From assembly GCA_902586695.1 (NCBI GenBank), contig CACIIL010000001.1, positions 22,196 through 86,195 of the forward strand: a DNA stretch of 64,000 nucleotides, in the 5' to 3' direction. Position 1 is the first letter of the stretch. Each line of letters opens with the position of its first letter. Below the pieces are notes generated by a model, which saw only the letters and a list, made by a program, of their open reading frames with translations, did not search any database and was not told the origin of the DNA. The position numbers were made by a program, and so were the translations under genes. This document shows, piece after piece, positions 8,190 to 18,766 of the stretch. The stretch is from an uncultured Alphaproteobacteria bacterium (GTDB taxonomy: Bacteria; Pseudomonadota; Alphaproteobacteria; HIMB59; GCA-002718135).

Positions 8190-10055
8190 ATGAAAAAAAA
8201 ATATGCAGTTGTGGTAATTGGGGGCGGACATGCTGGTGTTGAGGCTGCTACAGCAGCAGCTAGAATGGGAGTAAGTGTAGCATTAGTAACCCATAAAATT
8301 GATAAAATAGGCGAGATGTCTTGTAACCCAGCAATTGGGGGCCTTGGAAAAGGTCACCTGGTAAGGGAGGTTGACTCACTTGATGGAGTAATGGGAAGGG
8401 CCATAGATAAGGGTGGAATTCAGTTCAGAATGCTTAATGAAAGCAGAGGCGCAGCTGTTAGGGGCCCCAGAGCTCAAGCTGATAGAAAGCTTTATAAGAA
8501 CGCTATTTTTGAAATTGTTAAAAACCAAAAAGGATTGGATTTAATTGAGGGATCGGTTGAGGATCTGGGCATTTTAAACAATCAAATTAATGCCGTAATT
8601 TTAGAGGACGGGAGAAAAATTAACTGTTTGTCAGTGGTTTTAACATCCGGTACTTTTTTAAGGGGGGTTATAAGAATGGGTACTAAAAGCATAGAGGCTG
8701 GTAGGGTCGGAGACAAACCTTCTATTTCTCTTGCAAAAAAAATTGAAAAACTAAAGTTTTCAATAGGTAGATTAAAAACAGGGACCCCACCACGATTACT
8801 TAAAAAATCTATAAATTTCAATAACTTAACAGAACAACTACCTGACAAAGTGCCCACACCCTTCTCTTTTATCAACAACTCTATCCACACCCAGCAAATT
8901 TCATGTTTCATTACCCACACTAATAGCAACACCCACAAAATTATTTCTGACAACATTGGTTTGTCACCAATGTATTCTGGTGTAATTAAATCTATGGGCG
9001 CCAGATATTGTCCATCAATTGAGGACAAAATTACAAAATTTCCCAATAAAAAAAACCACCAAATTTTTCTAGAACCAGAGGGCTTGGATAGCGACTTAAT
9101 TTATCCGAATGGAATATCCTCTTCTTTGCCTGAAAATATTCAAGAGAAATTTGTTAGGTCAATCAAAGGCTTGGAAAAAGCGATCATTACTCAACCAGCA
9201 TATGCAATAGAATACGACTATATTGATCCAAGAGAGTTAACCCACACACTTGAAACGAAAAAAATAAAAAATCTTTTTTTGGCTGGCCAAATAAATGGGA
9301 CAACAGGTTATGAAGAGGCCGCCGCACAGGGTATTATAGCTGGTATTAATGCTGGTTTAAAAAAAACTACAAAAAAAGAGTTTGTTGTTGATAGATCCCA
9401 AGGTTATATTGGTGTTTTAATCGATGATTTAGTTACTAAAGGAACAAAAGAACCATATAGAATGTTCACATCTAGATCAGAATACAGGCTTTTATTAAGA
9501 TCAGACAACGCCGACCAAAGAATTACACCACTAGGAATTGAAATTGGTTGTGTTTCTTTGCTCAGACAAAATATTTTTAATAAAAAAATTAATATGATAA
9601 ACAGGGCGTTTAAACTGGTTAAGAGCCTAAAAGCTTCTCCAAATCAATTACAAAAAAAAGACATAAAAATTAAGTTAGATGGAAAAAAAAGATCTGCTTT
9701 TGATCTTCTTTCATATAAAAACATTAATTTCAAAAAATTAGAAAAAATATGGCCAGAACTTACAGCTTTGAAAACAGATGCTAAAGAGCAGATTGAGATC
9801 GAATCTGTTTATTCCTCTTACCTTGATAGACAAAGGGCCGATATAGAGGATTTTAAAAAAGAAGAAGGAATGAGGATACCTAAAATCATAGACTTCAAAG
9901 ATGTTGGAAGTTTGTCGAATGAAATAGTAGAAAAGCTGACTAAAATTAAACCACCAACCCTTGGAGCAGCTTCTAGAATTTCTGGAGTTACGCCCGCTGC
10001 AATAATTGCAATTATGAGGTTTATCAAAAAACAAAAAAATAATAAAGCGGCATAA
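8190..10055 (+). CDS. mnmG: tRNA uridine 5-carboxymethylaminomethyl modification enzyme MnmG (GidA)
   Basis: [17 protein letters not shown] motif and end-to-end GidA-like sequence. The tracked ORF begins at 8160. ATG 8190 ([13 protein letters not shown]) is the more plausible start. Confidence 0.95.
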   Translation: MKKKYAVVVIGGGHAGVEAATAAARMGVSVALVTHKIDKIGEMSCNPAIGGLGKGHLVREVDSLDGVMGRAIDKGGIQFRMLNESRGAAVRGPRAQADRKLYKNAIFEIVKNQKGLDLIEGSVEDLGILNNQINAVILEDGRKINCLSVVLTSGTFLRGVIRMGTKSIEAGRVGDKPSISLAKKIEKLKFSIGRLKTGTPPRLLKKSINFNNLTEQLPDKVPTPFSFINNSIHTQQISCFITHTNSNTHKIISDNIGLSPMYSGVIKSMGARYCPSIEDKITKFPNKKNHQIFLEPEGLDSDLIYPNGISSSLPENIQEKFVRSIKGLEKAIITQPAYAIEYDYIDPRELTHTLETKKIKNLFLAGQINGTTGYEEAAAQGIIAGINAGLKKTTKKEFVVDRSQGYIGVLIDDLVTKGTKEPYRMFTSRSEYRLLLRSDNADQRITPLGIEIGCVSLLRQNIFNKKINMINRAFKLVKSLKASPNQLQKKDIKIKLDGKKRSAFDLLSYKNINFKKLEKIWPELTALKTDAKEQIEIESVYSSYLDRQRADIEDFKKEEGMRIPKIIDFKDVGSLSNEIVEKLTKIKPPTLGAASRISGVTPAAIIAIMRFIKKQKNNKAA

Positions 10056-10056
10056 G

Positions 10057-10674
10057 TTGAACAAAGAAGAAATAATTAACTATTTTAATTTAACCAAAAA
10101 TCAAATTGAAAGCATTGAGATGTTTTTATCTAATATCGTTGAACACAACAAACACACCAACCTAATAGGCAGGTCAACAATTAAGAATCTTTGGAATAGG
10201 CATGTTCTTGATTGCCTGCAGTTATCAAAATATATTAACTCTAAAAAAACCAAAATACTCGATCTTGGGACTGGCCCAGGTCTTCCAGGTGTTTTGTTAT
10301 CAATTGTTGGTTACAAAAACATATTAATGATAGACTCTTCTAGAAAAAAAACCGAATTTGTAAAACTAAACATCAATCAATTGTTTTTATCTGCAAAAAT
10401 AATTAATAAAAGAATCGAAACTGTTGAGGCTAAAAACCATGACATTATTGTTTCAAGAGCGCTCGCCCCACTTAACAAATTATTAACTTATGCACTTATT
10501 CATTCCAATAAAAAAACAACATCGCTTTTTTTAAAAGGAAGAAGTGTTAGTAATGAATTACAGATAGCAAAAAAAAATTTTTTTTTTGATTATGAGGTTT
10601 TTGAAAGTATAAGTGTGGGGGATGGTTGTATTTTGAAAATAAGAAACATTAAAGTTAAAAAAAATAATGACTAA
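10057..10674 (+). CDS. rsmG: 16S rRNA (guanine527-N7)-methyltransferase RsmG (GidB)
   Basis: LDLGTGPGLPG SAM motif, RHVLDC, gidA-gidB-parA-parB synteny. TTG start. Confidence 0.9.
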   Translation: MNKEEIINYFNLTKNQIESIEMFLSNIVEHNKHTNLIGRSTIKNLWNRHVLDCLQLSKYINSKKTKILDLGTGPGLPGVLLSIVGYKNILMIDSSRKKTEFVKLNINQLFLSAKIINKRIETVEAKNHDIIVSRALAPLNKLLTYALIHSNKKTTSLFLKGRSVSNELQIAKKNFFFDYEVFESISVGDGCILKIRNIKVKKNND

Positions 10675-11437
10675 AATAATATCTATTGCAAATCAAAAAG
10701 GAGGTGTTGGAAAAACAACAACATCAATAAACTTAGCAACCTCTTTATCGGCAATTAATAACAAGGTTCTTCTTGTTGATGCTGATCCACAAGGCAACGC
10801 AAGTACTGGAGTCGGCATTCCTTATGAAAATAGAAGCCCAAGCCTATATGATCTAATTGTAAATCGTGAATTTGATGCAAAATCAATTATAAAAACCATT
10901 GTTCCTGATTTAGATATTATTACAGCAAACACAAATCTAGCAGCATCAGAAATTGAATTAGCTAATATTGAAAATAGAGAGTTTGTAATTCTTGAAATTT
11001 TATCTAAAATCAAAAACTATGATTACATTATAATTGATTGTCCGCCAGCACTTGGGCTATTAACAATAAATTCTTTAGTGGCATCAAATTCAGTAATTGT
11101 CCCTCTTCAATCAGAGTTTTTTGCCCTAGAGGGCGTTTCTTCTTTGGTTAGCTCTATTCAGTTAATAAAAGAAAACTTTAACAACAGTCTTAGGGTTGAG
11201 GGAATAGTATTAACAATGGTTGATAAAAGAAACTCATTAAGCGCTTTAGTTGAAAAAGATGTTAGGGATCATTTTGGTGAAATTGTCTACAAAACAACAA
11301 TTCCAAGAAATGTTAAAATATCCGAGGCTCCTAGCCACGGTAAGCCCGCAATATTATATGATGTTAATTGTTCTGGATCTATGGCATATATAGGGCTTGC
11401 CAAGGAGATTATAAACAGACAGGGCTTAATAAAATGA
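10667..11437 (+). CDS. parA: Chromosome partitioning ATPase ParA
   Basis: Deviant Walker A NQKGGVGKTTT, DCPP and ParA-type C-terminus. Confidence 0.95.
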   Translation: MTKIISIANQKGGVGKTTTSINLATSLSAINNKVLLVDADPQGNASTGVGIPYENRSPSLYDLIVNREFDAKSIIKTIVPDLDIITANTNLAASEIELANIENREFVILEILSKIKNYDYIIIDCPPALGLLTINSLVASNSVIVPLQSEFFALEGVSSLVSSIQLIKENFNNSLRVEGIVLTMVDKRNSLSALVEKDVRDHFGEIVYKTTIPRNVKISEAPSHGKPAILYDVNCSGSMAYIGLAKEIINRQGLIK

Positions 11438-12267
11438 ACAAAGAAAACAAAAAACTAGGCATGGGTCTCGGCGCATTATTAAGTCCAAACAAAGACAGCA
11501 GAAACAACATAAACAAGATAGAAATTTCAAAAATTTCACCAAACAAGAAACAACCAAGAAAAAAATTTGATGATAAAGAAATAAAAGAGCTTTCAGGCTC
11601 AATTAAAAACCAAGGTCTAATTCAGCCCTTGGTGGTTAGAAAAATATTAAATGATTCATATGAAATTGTTGCAGGGGAGAGAAGGTGGAGAGCCTGTCAG
11701 ATTGCAGGACTTCATGAAGTAGAATGTGTAATTATGGACATTTCTGAAGAAAAAGTTTTTGAGTTAGCATTAATAGAAAATATTCAAAGAGAAAACCTAA
11801 ATGTTGTTGAAGAGGCTAGTGCTTATAAAAACTTAATACAGATTTATAAATTAAAAAACGAAGAGCTTGCCAAAAAACTTGGTAAAAGCGCTAGCCACAT
11901 TTCAAATCTAATTAGAATTTTGGACTTAGATGAAGAAATTCACCAAATGATCATAGATGGTAAGATTAGCATGGGACATGCCCGCGCGCTAATTGGTGTA
12001 CCTAATGCGGTTGAAAAGGCCAAAGAAATTATAGAAAAAAAACTTAGTGTTAGGGATGTTGAAAAATCAACGGCTGGTTTCAAACAAAAAAGAAAAAAAC
12101 ACTCAGGAAAAGATCCCAACATAGCGGATTTAGAAAAAGAACTTTCTGATAAAATTGGTTTAAAGACTGAGATAGAATTTAATGAAAACGGCTCCAGCGG
12201 ATCATTAAAATTATATTATTCAGACTTAAATCAACTTGATGAAATAATGAAAAGACTCAAGAAGTAA
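11434..12267 (+). CDS. parB: Chromosome partitioning protein ParB
   Basis: GLGALL, QPRK.F, GLIQPLVVR and GERRWRA motifs. Start is set at ATG 11434 (ATGA overlap with the parA stop) rather than the longer tracked ORF at 11368. Confidence 0.95.
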   Translation: MNKENKKLGMGLGALLSPNKDSRNNINKIEISKISPNKKQPRKKFDDKEIKELSGSIKNQGLIQPLVVRKILNDSYEIVAGERRWRACQIAGLHEVECVIMDISEEKVFELALIENIQRENLNVVEEASAYKNLIQIYKLKNEELAKKLGKSASHISNLIRILDLDEEIHQMIIDGKISMGHARALIGVPNAVEKAKEIIEKKLSVRDVEKSTAGFKQKRKKHSGKDPNIADLEKELSDKIGLKTEIEFNENGSSGSLKLYYSDLNQLDEIMKRLKK

Positions 12268-13198
12268 TTATTTTTTTTATATTTAATAAAAACCTTAATC
12301 CAATTACACTAAACAAATCAGAGTTTTTTCTAGTTAATACCTCTGCTCTTAAGATACTCTTATAAAGCATATTTATTTTATATTTGTCTAAAGAGTTAAA
12401 AATTTTTATAAAAACATCTTTTTCATTGAATAAATATTTTGGAAACTTTTCAAGAGCCTCTGGGGTATTGGAAGAGGTGCTTATAATGTTTAGGTGATTT
12501 TTTATGTTATTTATAAGCATATATAAGTCACTTTGAGAGAAAATATTTTTGTTAAAAACTTTTATTAAAATATTATTTTTTTTAAAAATTTGAAAAAAAA
12601 TTTTACTAATATCAATTTTACTTTCGATTGTTATGGCGTTTTCAACATCAGCAATGTTTTTAATGTTTTTGCTATAAAGAGAGAGCATCTCAAGTTTTTT
12701 AACAAATAAAACATATTCATTATCTAAATTTTCTAAGATGTACCAAAAAACATCGCTTGAAAAACCTAAACCATTTGTTTCAATATAGTTTCTAAGAACG
12801 ACCTCTTTACTTTTTCTATTTAGGGGATAGCACTCAAGAACTAAGTTTTTTTCTGATCTTGAAAATTGTGCCTTTAATTTATTTATATTTTTATTGTTCA
12901 GTGAAGAAATTAATACAGTTTCAGGAAGCTCATCTGTGTTTTTTAATTCATTTTTTTTTTCAGAATAATCACCCAATACATATAAAATTTTTTTATCTGA
13001 AAAAAGATCCCCAATCAAACCTTCTTTTTTAAATCCAGATCTTTCTATAAAGTAATTTTTTTTAACAAAATAGTTAATTACGTATTCTGATACAAAGTTG
13101 ATAAAACCTTCATCTAAACCACAAATAAGTATTTTATTATAATTAATGTCTTCATTTTTTAATAAAAAAATCTCTGGTTTAATTTTCATTAAATACAA
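12257..13198 (-). CDS. holA: DNA polymerase III delta subunit (probable)
   Basis: Size and the conserved leuS-lptE-holA arrangement. Sequence is diverged, so the call rests mostly on synteny. Confidence 0.65.
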   Translation of the reverse strand: MYLMKIKPEIFLLKNEDINYNKILICGLDEGFINFVSEYVINYFVKKNYFIERSGFKKEGLIGDLFSDKKILYVLGDYSEKKNELKNTDELPETVLISSLNNKNINKLKAQFSRSEKNLVLECYPLNRKSKEVVLRNYIETNGLGFSSDVFWYILENLDNEYVLFVKKLEMLSLYSKNIKNIADVENAITIESKIDISKIFFQIFKKNNILIKVFNKNIFSQSDLYMLINNIKNHLNIISTSSNTPEALEKFPKYLFNEKDVFIKIFNSLDKYKINMLYKSILRAEVLTRKNSDLFSVIGLRFLLNIKKIITS

Positions 13199-13677
13199 CT
13201 TAGTTTTTTATTATTCGGAAAAGAATTAATGAATGTTTCTATGTTGGTTTTAATACTTGTTTTGTAAAGCCTTTCTAAAGACCTATCTGTTCCAAAATTA
13301 TAACCAGAGGACTTGGGTGTAAAAGAAAACTTTGTTAAAACTGTTTTGTTGAAAACATTACAACTTATATCTTTGTGATATATGTTATAAACGACGCTTA
13401 ACTCATAATCTATTTTTTCTGCAACCTGATTTTTTTTCACTGCAATATTTTCTTTTTTTTCAAAGAAAGTGGTTCGTATAATATACTCCCCTTTTTTGTT
13501 GTTGCCAAAATATGAAAAAAGTTCCTGACTAAAATTTTCGTATTTTTTACCACTTACAAATATAGATGAATTGTTTTTTAGAAAGTTAGTTTTGGGCTTA
13601 TCATCTAAGACAAGCTGTATGTTACTACAGGATGTTGTGATAACAATTAATAAAAATAAGAAGACAGTTTTAATCAT
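13189..13677 (-). CDS. lptE: LPS-assembly lipoprotein LptE (probable)
   Basis: Lipobox-like ITTSC, about 160 aa, located between leuS and holA as in most proteobacteria. Confidence 0.55.
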   Translation of the reverse strand: MIKTVFLFLLIVITTSCSNIQLVLDDKPKTNFLKNNSSIFVSGKKYENFSQELFSYFGNNKKGEYIIRTTFFEKKENIAVKKNQVAEKIDYELSVVYNIYHKDISCNVFNKTVLTKFSFTPKSSGYNFGTDRSLERLYKTSIKTNIETFINSFPNNKKLSCI

Positions 13678-16190
13678 TTAGCAACCAAGTTTACTATTTT
13701 ATTTTTTACATAAATCGTTTTCACAATTTCTTTGTTTTCTGTATATTTTTTAATTTTAGGTTCAGCCATGGCTTTTTTAATAATATCTTCTTTTTTCTCT
13801 TCTACATCAACATTAATCAAAGATCTTGTTTTGCCATTTATTTGAATTGGCATTTTAAAACTTTTATTCTCAAAATCTTTTCTTGTTTTGGGCCAGTCAG
13901 CCATTGCGCAAAGCCCCTTACCACCAAGATTATACCAAATTTCCTCACTAATATGGGGAATAAACGGGTGGATAATAATGGATAGGTTTTTTATCACAGC
14001 GCTTAACTCTTCTTCATCTATGTATTTTTTTGATACAAGCATTGAAAGTAAATTTACATATTCATAAATTTTTGCAACAGATTTATTAAAATGAAAACTT
14101 TCTATGTTTGAAGAAATTTCATTAATAATTTTATCAAAATCATCCATATAAGATTTTTTACGCAGACCACTGCTTGATTTATATTCATTTGATTTTTCAC
14201 TAAGCTCCCATATTTTATTTATAAACTTATAAGAAGATGCCACCCCTGTTTCTGTCCACTCTAGGTCTCTTTCAGGCGGGCTATCTGATAACATAAACCA
14301 CCGCGCTGTGTCTGCCCCGTATACATTTATAATTTGAGTTGGATCAATTACATTTTTTTTTGATTTACTCATTTTTTCAGTACTTCCAGAAGACACAATG
14401 TTTCCACTTAAATCAAAAAGTTTATTATTTTTAATAACAACTTCATTCGGCTCAATCCATTCGTTATTTTTATTTTTATATGTTTTATGAGTAACCATTC
14501 CCTGAGTAAACAATCCTTTAAATGGTTCGTCTAGTTTTATATATTTTAGGTCTCTTAAAGCTTTTGTAAAAAATCGTGAATAAAGCAAATGTAAAATAGC
14601 GTGTTCAATTCCACCAATATATTGATCAACTGGAAGCCAGTATTTAATATCTTCAAAGTCTAGTGGATCGTCTAGCCTAGGATTACAAAATCTTAAAAAG
14701 TACCAAGAGGATTCAAAAAAAGTATCAAAAGTGTCTGTTTCTCTTACTGCCTTCATTCCAGTTTCTGGACAAATAGTTGTTTTCCAATCTTCTAAATCTT
14801 TTAGTGAATTAAAATGCCCGTTTTTACTTTCTTTTTTTGGCAACATTACAGGAAGATCTTTTTTTTGGACAGGTAAAACCTTCCCATCTTCTCTATATAA
14901 AATTGGTATAGGGCAACCCCAGTATCTTTGTCTAGAAACACCCCAATCTCTAAGTTTGTAATTTATTTTTCTACTTCCTAAATTCTTTTTCTCTAAATAT
15001 TCTAGTATTTCAACTTTTGCACTTTCTATATCCAGGCCATTTAAAAAACCTGAGTTAACCATTGTTCCTTCTCCAGTAAAGGCCTCATTGATAATTTCTT
15101 TAAGATCATTATTGGGTTTAACCACAGTTATTACCTCTAAATTAAATTTATTAGCAAAATCAAGATCCCTTTGGTCATGAGCTGGGCACCCAAATATTGC
15201 TCCGAGCCCATAATCCATTAAAATAAAATTAGCGATATAAACAGGTAGCTCTTTATTTGTTAAGGGGTGGCTAACTTTTATATTGGTATCAAAGCCTAAT
15301 TTTTCTTTATCAGGATTTGATTTTTTGCAGTCATCTATGAAGTTTTGTATTTTTTTATCTTTATTAGATACAACTTTACACAAAGGATGTTGGGGAGAAA
15401 TTGCTATAAAGGTAGCCCCATAAATTGTGTCTGGCCTAGTTGTAAAAACTTTAATTTTGTTTTCTTTAAATTTCTCTGTTTTAATTTCAAAACTTATTTC
15501 TGCACCAATCGATTTTCCAATCCAGTTTTTTTGCATTATCTTAACTTTTTCTGGCCACTCATTTAAATTATCTAAATCTTTCAATAGCTCTTCAGAATAA
15601 TTGCTTGTTTTTAAAAACCATTGTGACAAGAATTTTTTTTCCACTAAGGCACCCGATCTCCAACCACGCCCATCAATTACTTGTTCATTAGCTAACACAG
15701 TTTTGTCTACAGGGTCCCAATTAACTTCAGATTCTTTTTTATAAGCTAGCCCACTTTTAAACATTTCTATAAAAAACTCTTGTTCGTGTTTATAGTATTC
15801 TGGATGACAGGTAGCTAATTCTTTTTTCCAATCAAATGAAAAGCCCATGCTTTTTAGTTGTCCTTTCATTGTACCAATATTTTTGTATGTCCACTCTTCT
15901 GGACTTTTTTTCTCAACCATTGCTGCATTTTCAGCAGGCAAACCAAATGCATCCCAGCCCATGGGGTGCATTACATTGAATCCTTTCATTTTTTTATATC
16001 TTGCAACAACATCTCCCAAAGTATAGTTTCTAACATGACCCATATGAATCTTTCCAGAGGGGTATGGAAACATTTCTAAGACATAATATTTTTTTTTATC
16101 TTTGTTTTTTCTGGAACCAAATATATCTTTATTTATCCATTCTTTTTGCCATTTTTTTTCAGCAACTTTATGATTGTATCTTTCTGACAC
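13674..16190 (-). CDS. leuS: Leucine--tRNA ligase
   Basis: HMGH (HIGH-class) and KMSKS motifs. Full-length LeuRS-like sequence. Confidence 0.97.
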   Translation of the reverse strand: MSERYNHKVAEKKWQKEWINKDIFGSRKNKDKKKYYVLEMFPYPSGKIHMGHVRNYTLGDVVARYKKMKGFNVMHPMGWDAFGLPAENAAMVEKKSPEEWTYKNIGTMKGQLKSMGFSFDWKKELATCHPEYYKHEQEFFIEMFKSGLAYKKESEVNWDPVDKTVLANEQVIDGRGWRSGALVEKKFLSQWFLKTSNYSEELLKDLDNLNEWPEKVKIMQKNWIGKSIGAEISFEIKTEKFKENKIKVFTTRPDTIYGATFIAISPQHPLCKVVSNKDKKIQNFIDDCKKSNPDKEKLGFDTNIKVSHPLTNKELPVYIANFILMDYGLGAIFGCPAHDQRDLDFANKFNLEVITVVKPNNDLKEIINEAFTGEGTMVNSGFLNGLDIESAKVEILEYLEKKNLGSRKINYKLRDWGVSRQRYWGCPIPILYREDGKVLPVQKKDLPVMLPKKESKNGHFNSLKDLEDWKTTICPETGMKAVRETDTFDTFFESSWYFLRFCNPRLDDPLDFEDIKYWLPVDQYIGGIEHAILHLLYSRFFTKALRDLKYIKLDEPFKGLFTQGMVTHKTYKNKNNEWIEPNEVVIKNNKLFDLSGNIVSSGSTEKMSKSKKNVIDPTQIINVYGADTARWFMLSDSPPERDLEWTETGVASSYKFINKIWELSEKSNEYKSSSGLRKKSYMDDFDKIINEISSNIESFHFNKSVAKIYEYVNLLSMLVSKKYIDEEELSAVIKNLSIIIHPFIPHISEEIWYNLGGKGLCAMADWPKTRKDFENKSFKMPIQINGKTRSLINVDVEEKKEDIIKKAMAEPKIKKYTENKEIVKTIYVKNKIVNLVAK

Positions 16191-16196
16191 TCTAAT

Positions 16197-16805
16197 TTAA
16201 CCAGAGCTTAATCTAATTTTTTTAGCTTTATTTAGAATTGCATTTTCTAATTTATTATTAGTTATAGCGTCTGATGATTTGTTAACCCACTTCCCAGCAT
16301 TATATTCTTGGCAAAAAGACAAAACTTTTAAGTTGCCCGCCTTAAGTTCTTGACCATTAACAAAAACATTAAGCTTACACCTTTCATTTACATTTGGCTC
16401 AGAAGTATACCAATCTGTTATAATAGTTCCAGACATAGGGTCAACGGACGACAAAGGCATAAAGTTAATTGTTTCTATTGAGGCTTTCCATAAAAACTGG
16501 TTAACAGGCATGCCAAAAGAAGTAAAGCCAGCTGTATTTTTATCTTTATCTTTTTTGTCGCCAAAAATTAAAGGACTGTCTTTTCCAAAAAGACCACCAC
16601 CGCTAATCAATCTGTTTTCGGCATCAGCTAAAGCAAGCTCCCTATGGGTGTCTATATTGTAAGGAGTTCCAGATCTTCGAACTATCTCTCCCTCAGTTTG
16701 AGCTTTATCCCACAAAGCCTTTTTTTCTTCTTTAGTTAGGTTTGAGTTGCAACCAAAAGTTACAAAGAGAAATAAAAGTACAACTATTTTATAAAGTTTT
16801 AACAT
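16197..16805 (-). CDS. Lipoprotein, DUF3576-like
   Basis: Signal peptide plus lipobox (VTFGC). The position next to leuS matches the alphaproteobacterial DUF3576 lipoprotein. Family is by recollection. Confidence 0.5.
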   Translation of the reverse strand: MLKLYKIVVLLFLFVTFGCNSNLTKEEKKALWDKAQTEGEIVRRSGTPYNIDTHRELALADAENRLISGGGLFGKDSPLIFGDKKDKDKNTAGFTSFGMPVNQFLWKASIETINFMPLSSVDPMSGTIITDWYTSEPNVNERCKLNVFVNGQELKAGNLKVLSFCQEYNAGKWVNKSSDAITNNKLENAILNKAKKIRLSSG

Positions 16806-16850
16806 TTTGAATAGATATTATATTGAATATAAAAAGTAAAACATAAAAAA

Positions 16851-16872
16851 ACGGCACTTAAAAAAGTGCCGT
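16851..16872 (-). terminator. Rho-independent terminator downstream of the porin-like gene
   Basis: The minus strand reads ACGGCAC-TTTTTTAA-GTGCCGT followed by TTTTTTT. Confidence 0.8.
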
Positions 16873-16899
16873 TATAATAAGACTAATTATAGTCTAAAA

Positions 16900-17973
16900 T
16901 TAAAATGACATAGTAGCGCCAACGTACCAAGCAGATCCACCAGAAGTATCTGATACACCCTCATCTTGTACATCAACAGTAGTATAGCCTAATATAGCAG
17001 ATACACCTGAAGCAACAGCATAAGTTATGCTTGCTCCAACTGAATCATATGCATCGTCCGTAGTACCAGCTGTACCCATTGTGCTAGAGTCTTTTGCTTC
17101 ACCAGAAGTTGCTCCAATAGCCATTGTGATGTCACCACTTACGTATTTAACACCAGCTTTTAGAACACTACCATCAACCTGAACACTTGAAGTGTTAGCA
17201 GTATTAGTAGTTGCAGTACCTTGGTGATCAAAAGTATCACCATCACCGTAACCAACACCAACTGTTAAGTCTCCAGTTACCGCTGAAACACCAATGTTGA
17301 AACCATTTCTGTCAGCAGTAGGTGCAGTTCCAGAATATCTAGTTTCTGAAGATGCAATACCACCACCAATAGTAACTGTTGAGTCACCAGCAGTAGTTAC
17401 ATAAGTTGCACCAACACCCCATGAAGAGTCCATAGCTTGAGTACCAGCTGCGGCAGCTCCACTACTTCCACTGTAAGATGCAGAAACTTTAAGACCATCA
17501 GCCATAAAGTCAGCAGCAGAATGCCACTCAACACCTAATGCAGTAGCACCAGCACCAAAAGATGTACCAGTAGGCGCACCATTAGATGTAGTTACAGCAA
17601 TACCTTGCTCACCTGAAGCACCAGGAACTGAAACAGCATGAGTACCTGCAGCGTTACCAGCATTTAAAAGTTCTAAAGCAGAACCGTCAGAGAAAGTAAG
17701 TTTAATAGCGTTGTCATCATCAGGAGCACTTCCACCTTCATTTGTAAGCATAAAGCTTGAAGATACAGTAGTACCACCATCAGTAGTTTCACTTAGAGAA
17801 ACTGAAAAGTTTGATAAGCTTTTATTATTATTAGTATCTGAACCAGATTCTGGGCTTTCAAACTCTTGACCAATTTTTAAGCTACCACCCATTGTTGCTG
17901 TTACCGCTTCAGCGACTGAAGCAGCTCCAAGCGTAGAAACAAGAGCAGAAGCCATCAATAGTTCTTTTTTCAT
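16900..17973 (-). CDS. Outer-membrane porin-like beta-barrel protein (Gly/Ala/Ser/Thr-rich)
   Basis: Signal peptide ending AEA, alternating-pattern G/S/T/A-rich sequence, C-terminal ...GATMSF (terminal Phe). AAGGAG lies 5 nt before ATG 17973, while the tracked ORF starts at GTG 17979. Codon usage is visibly GC-richer than in neighbouring genes. Confidence 0.6.
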   Translation of the reverse strand: MKKELLMASALVSTLGAASVAEAVTATMGGSLKIGQEFESPESGSDTNNNKSLSNFSVSLSETTDGGTTVSSSFMLTNEGGSAPDDDNAIKLTFSDGSALELLNAGNAAGTHAVSVPGASGEQGIAVTTSNGAPTGTSFGAGATALGVEWHSAADFMADGLKVSASYSGSSGAAAAGTQAMDSSWGVGATYVTTAGDSTVTIGGGIASSETRYSGTAPTADRNGFNIGVSAVTGDLTVGVGYGDGDTFDHQGTATTNTANTSSVQVDGSVLKAGVKYVSGDITMAIGATSGEAKDSSTMGTAGTTDDAYDSVGASITYAVASGVSAILGYTTVDVQDEGVSDTSGGSAWYVGATMSF

Positions 17974-17989
17974 AATCACTCCTTTTGAG

Positions 17990-18029
17990 TTAATGAATAT
18001 TCATTAATTAATGAAGGTTTATCCTTCAT
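17990..18029. promoter_or_regulatory. Array of alternating TTAATGAA/TTCATTAA half-sites plus a hairpin upstream of the porin-like gene
   Basis: TTAATGAA (17990-97), TTCATTAA (18000-07), TTAATGAA (18008-15), then ATGAAGG-TTTAT-CCTTCAT (18011-29). These form overlapping 18-bp and 16-bp perfect palindromes. Confidence 0.4.
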
Positions 18030-18127
18030 ATCCAAGGACATTTATTTAAAATTTGAAAAAAGTACAAAAAAAGCTTAAAAAAACATATATTTTTTAACCA
18101 ACTGTTGTAAATATACAACAATAACAA

Positions 18128-18766
18128 ATGTTTAATATAAAAAAATACATATATATCAATAATTTATTAAAAAATAAATCAAAAAACACAAAAATTATTG
18201 CAATCTCTAAAAATCAATCTCTAGATGATATAAAAAACGCTATTTCACACGGGGTTTCAATTTTTGGTGAAAATAGAGTCCAAGAAGCTAAATTTAAATT
18301 CCAAAAACTATTGGAGGAAAACAATAATATTAAACTTCATTTAACTGGCCCACTACAAACAAACAAAGTTAAGGACGCTCTTAAAATTTTTGAGGTTTTC
18401 CATACCTTAGATAGAGAAAAGCTTTTAAAAGAATTTGCTAAGCATCCAGATATAATTAAAAACAAATCATTTTTTATTCAAGTTAATACAGGCAAGGAAG
18501 AGACAAAAAGTGGTGTTTTTCCAGAAAATGTCAAAAATTTTTATAAATTATGTGAATTTTATAAAGTCAGAAATGTTATTGGGTTAATGTGTATACCGCC
18601 AATTAATGATAGTCCTAAAAAACACTTCAAGATTCTTAAAGAAATTAGTAAAGAGATTAATCTGGACAAGTTAAGCATTGGAATGAGCTCAGATTATGAA
18701 AAAGCTCTTGATTTTAATCCAACCTATATAAGATTAGGCACAATACTTTTTGGAAAAAGAAATTGA
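18128..18766 (+). CDS. yggS: YggS-family pyridoxal-phosphate homeostasis protein
   Basis: FGENRVQEA, HLTGPLQTNK, and C-terminal SIGMSSDYE...IRLGT.LFG. Confidence 0.85.
   Translation: MFNIKKYIYINNLLKNKSKNTKIIAISKNQSLDDIKNAISHGVSIFGENRVQEAKFKFQKLLEENNNIKLHLTGPLQTNKVKDALKIFEVFHTLDREKLLKEFAKHPDIIKNKSFFIQVNTGKEETKSGVFPENVKNFYKLCEFYKVRNVIGLMCIPPINDSPKKHFKILKEISKEINLDKLSIGMSSDYEKALDFNPTYIRLGTILFGKRN

Noticed and set aside
5896-10064. Antisense ORFs inside rho, mnmE and mnmG (5896-6213, 6580-6777, 7131-7559, 7581-7856, 8582-9046, 9738-10064, 9818-10027).
   Set aside because: Each lies wholly within a strongly supported housekeeping gene on the opposite strand, has low-complexity hydrophobic or Ser-rich translations, and has no start context. 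These are typical shadow ORFs.
14731-16079. Plus-strand ORFs inside leuS (14731-14961, 15345-15566, 15858-16079). Similar shadow ORFs occur elsewhere (1849-2055, 3230-3487, 10822-11013, 11940-12122, 19065-19346, 23493-23756, 24650-24962, 31130-31648, 39234-39500, 40273-40473, 42109-42303, 44193-44426, 47492-47710, 48164-48370, 49110-49454, 51035-51256, 54579-54809, 56512-57087, 57985-58341, 58650-58844, 59398-59622, 61567-61815, 62608-62865).
   Set aside because: All are nested in, or antiparallel to, well-supported genes. No motifs were recognised. Such ORFs are expected from codon-complement effects.
16900-17973. GC-rich porin-like gene (and the binding-protein gene at 56478-57323) considered as horizontally acquired islands.
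   Set aside because: There are no mobility genes or flanking repeats, and the regulatory signals are strong and native-looking. The bias is towards Gly/Ala/Thr-rich, highly expressed protein types. Expression-linked composition is the simpler explanation.
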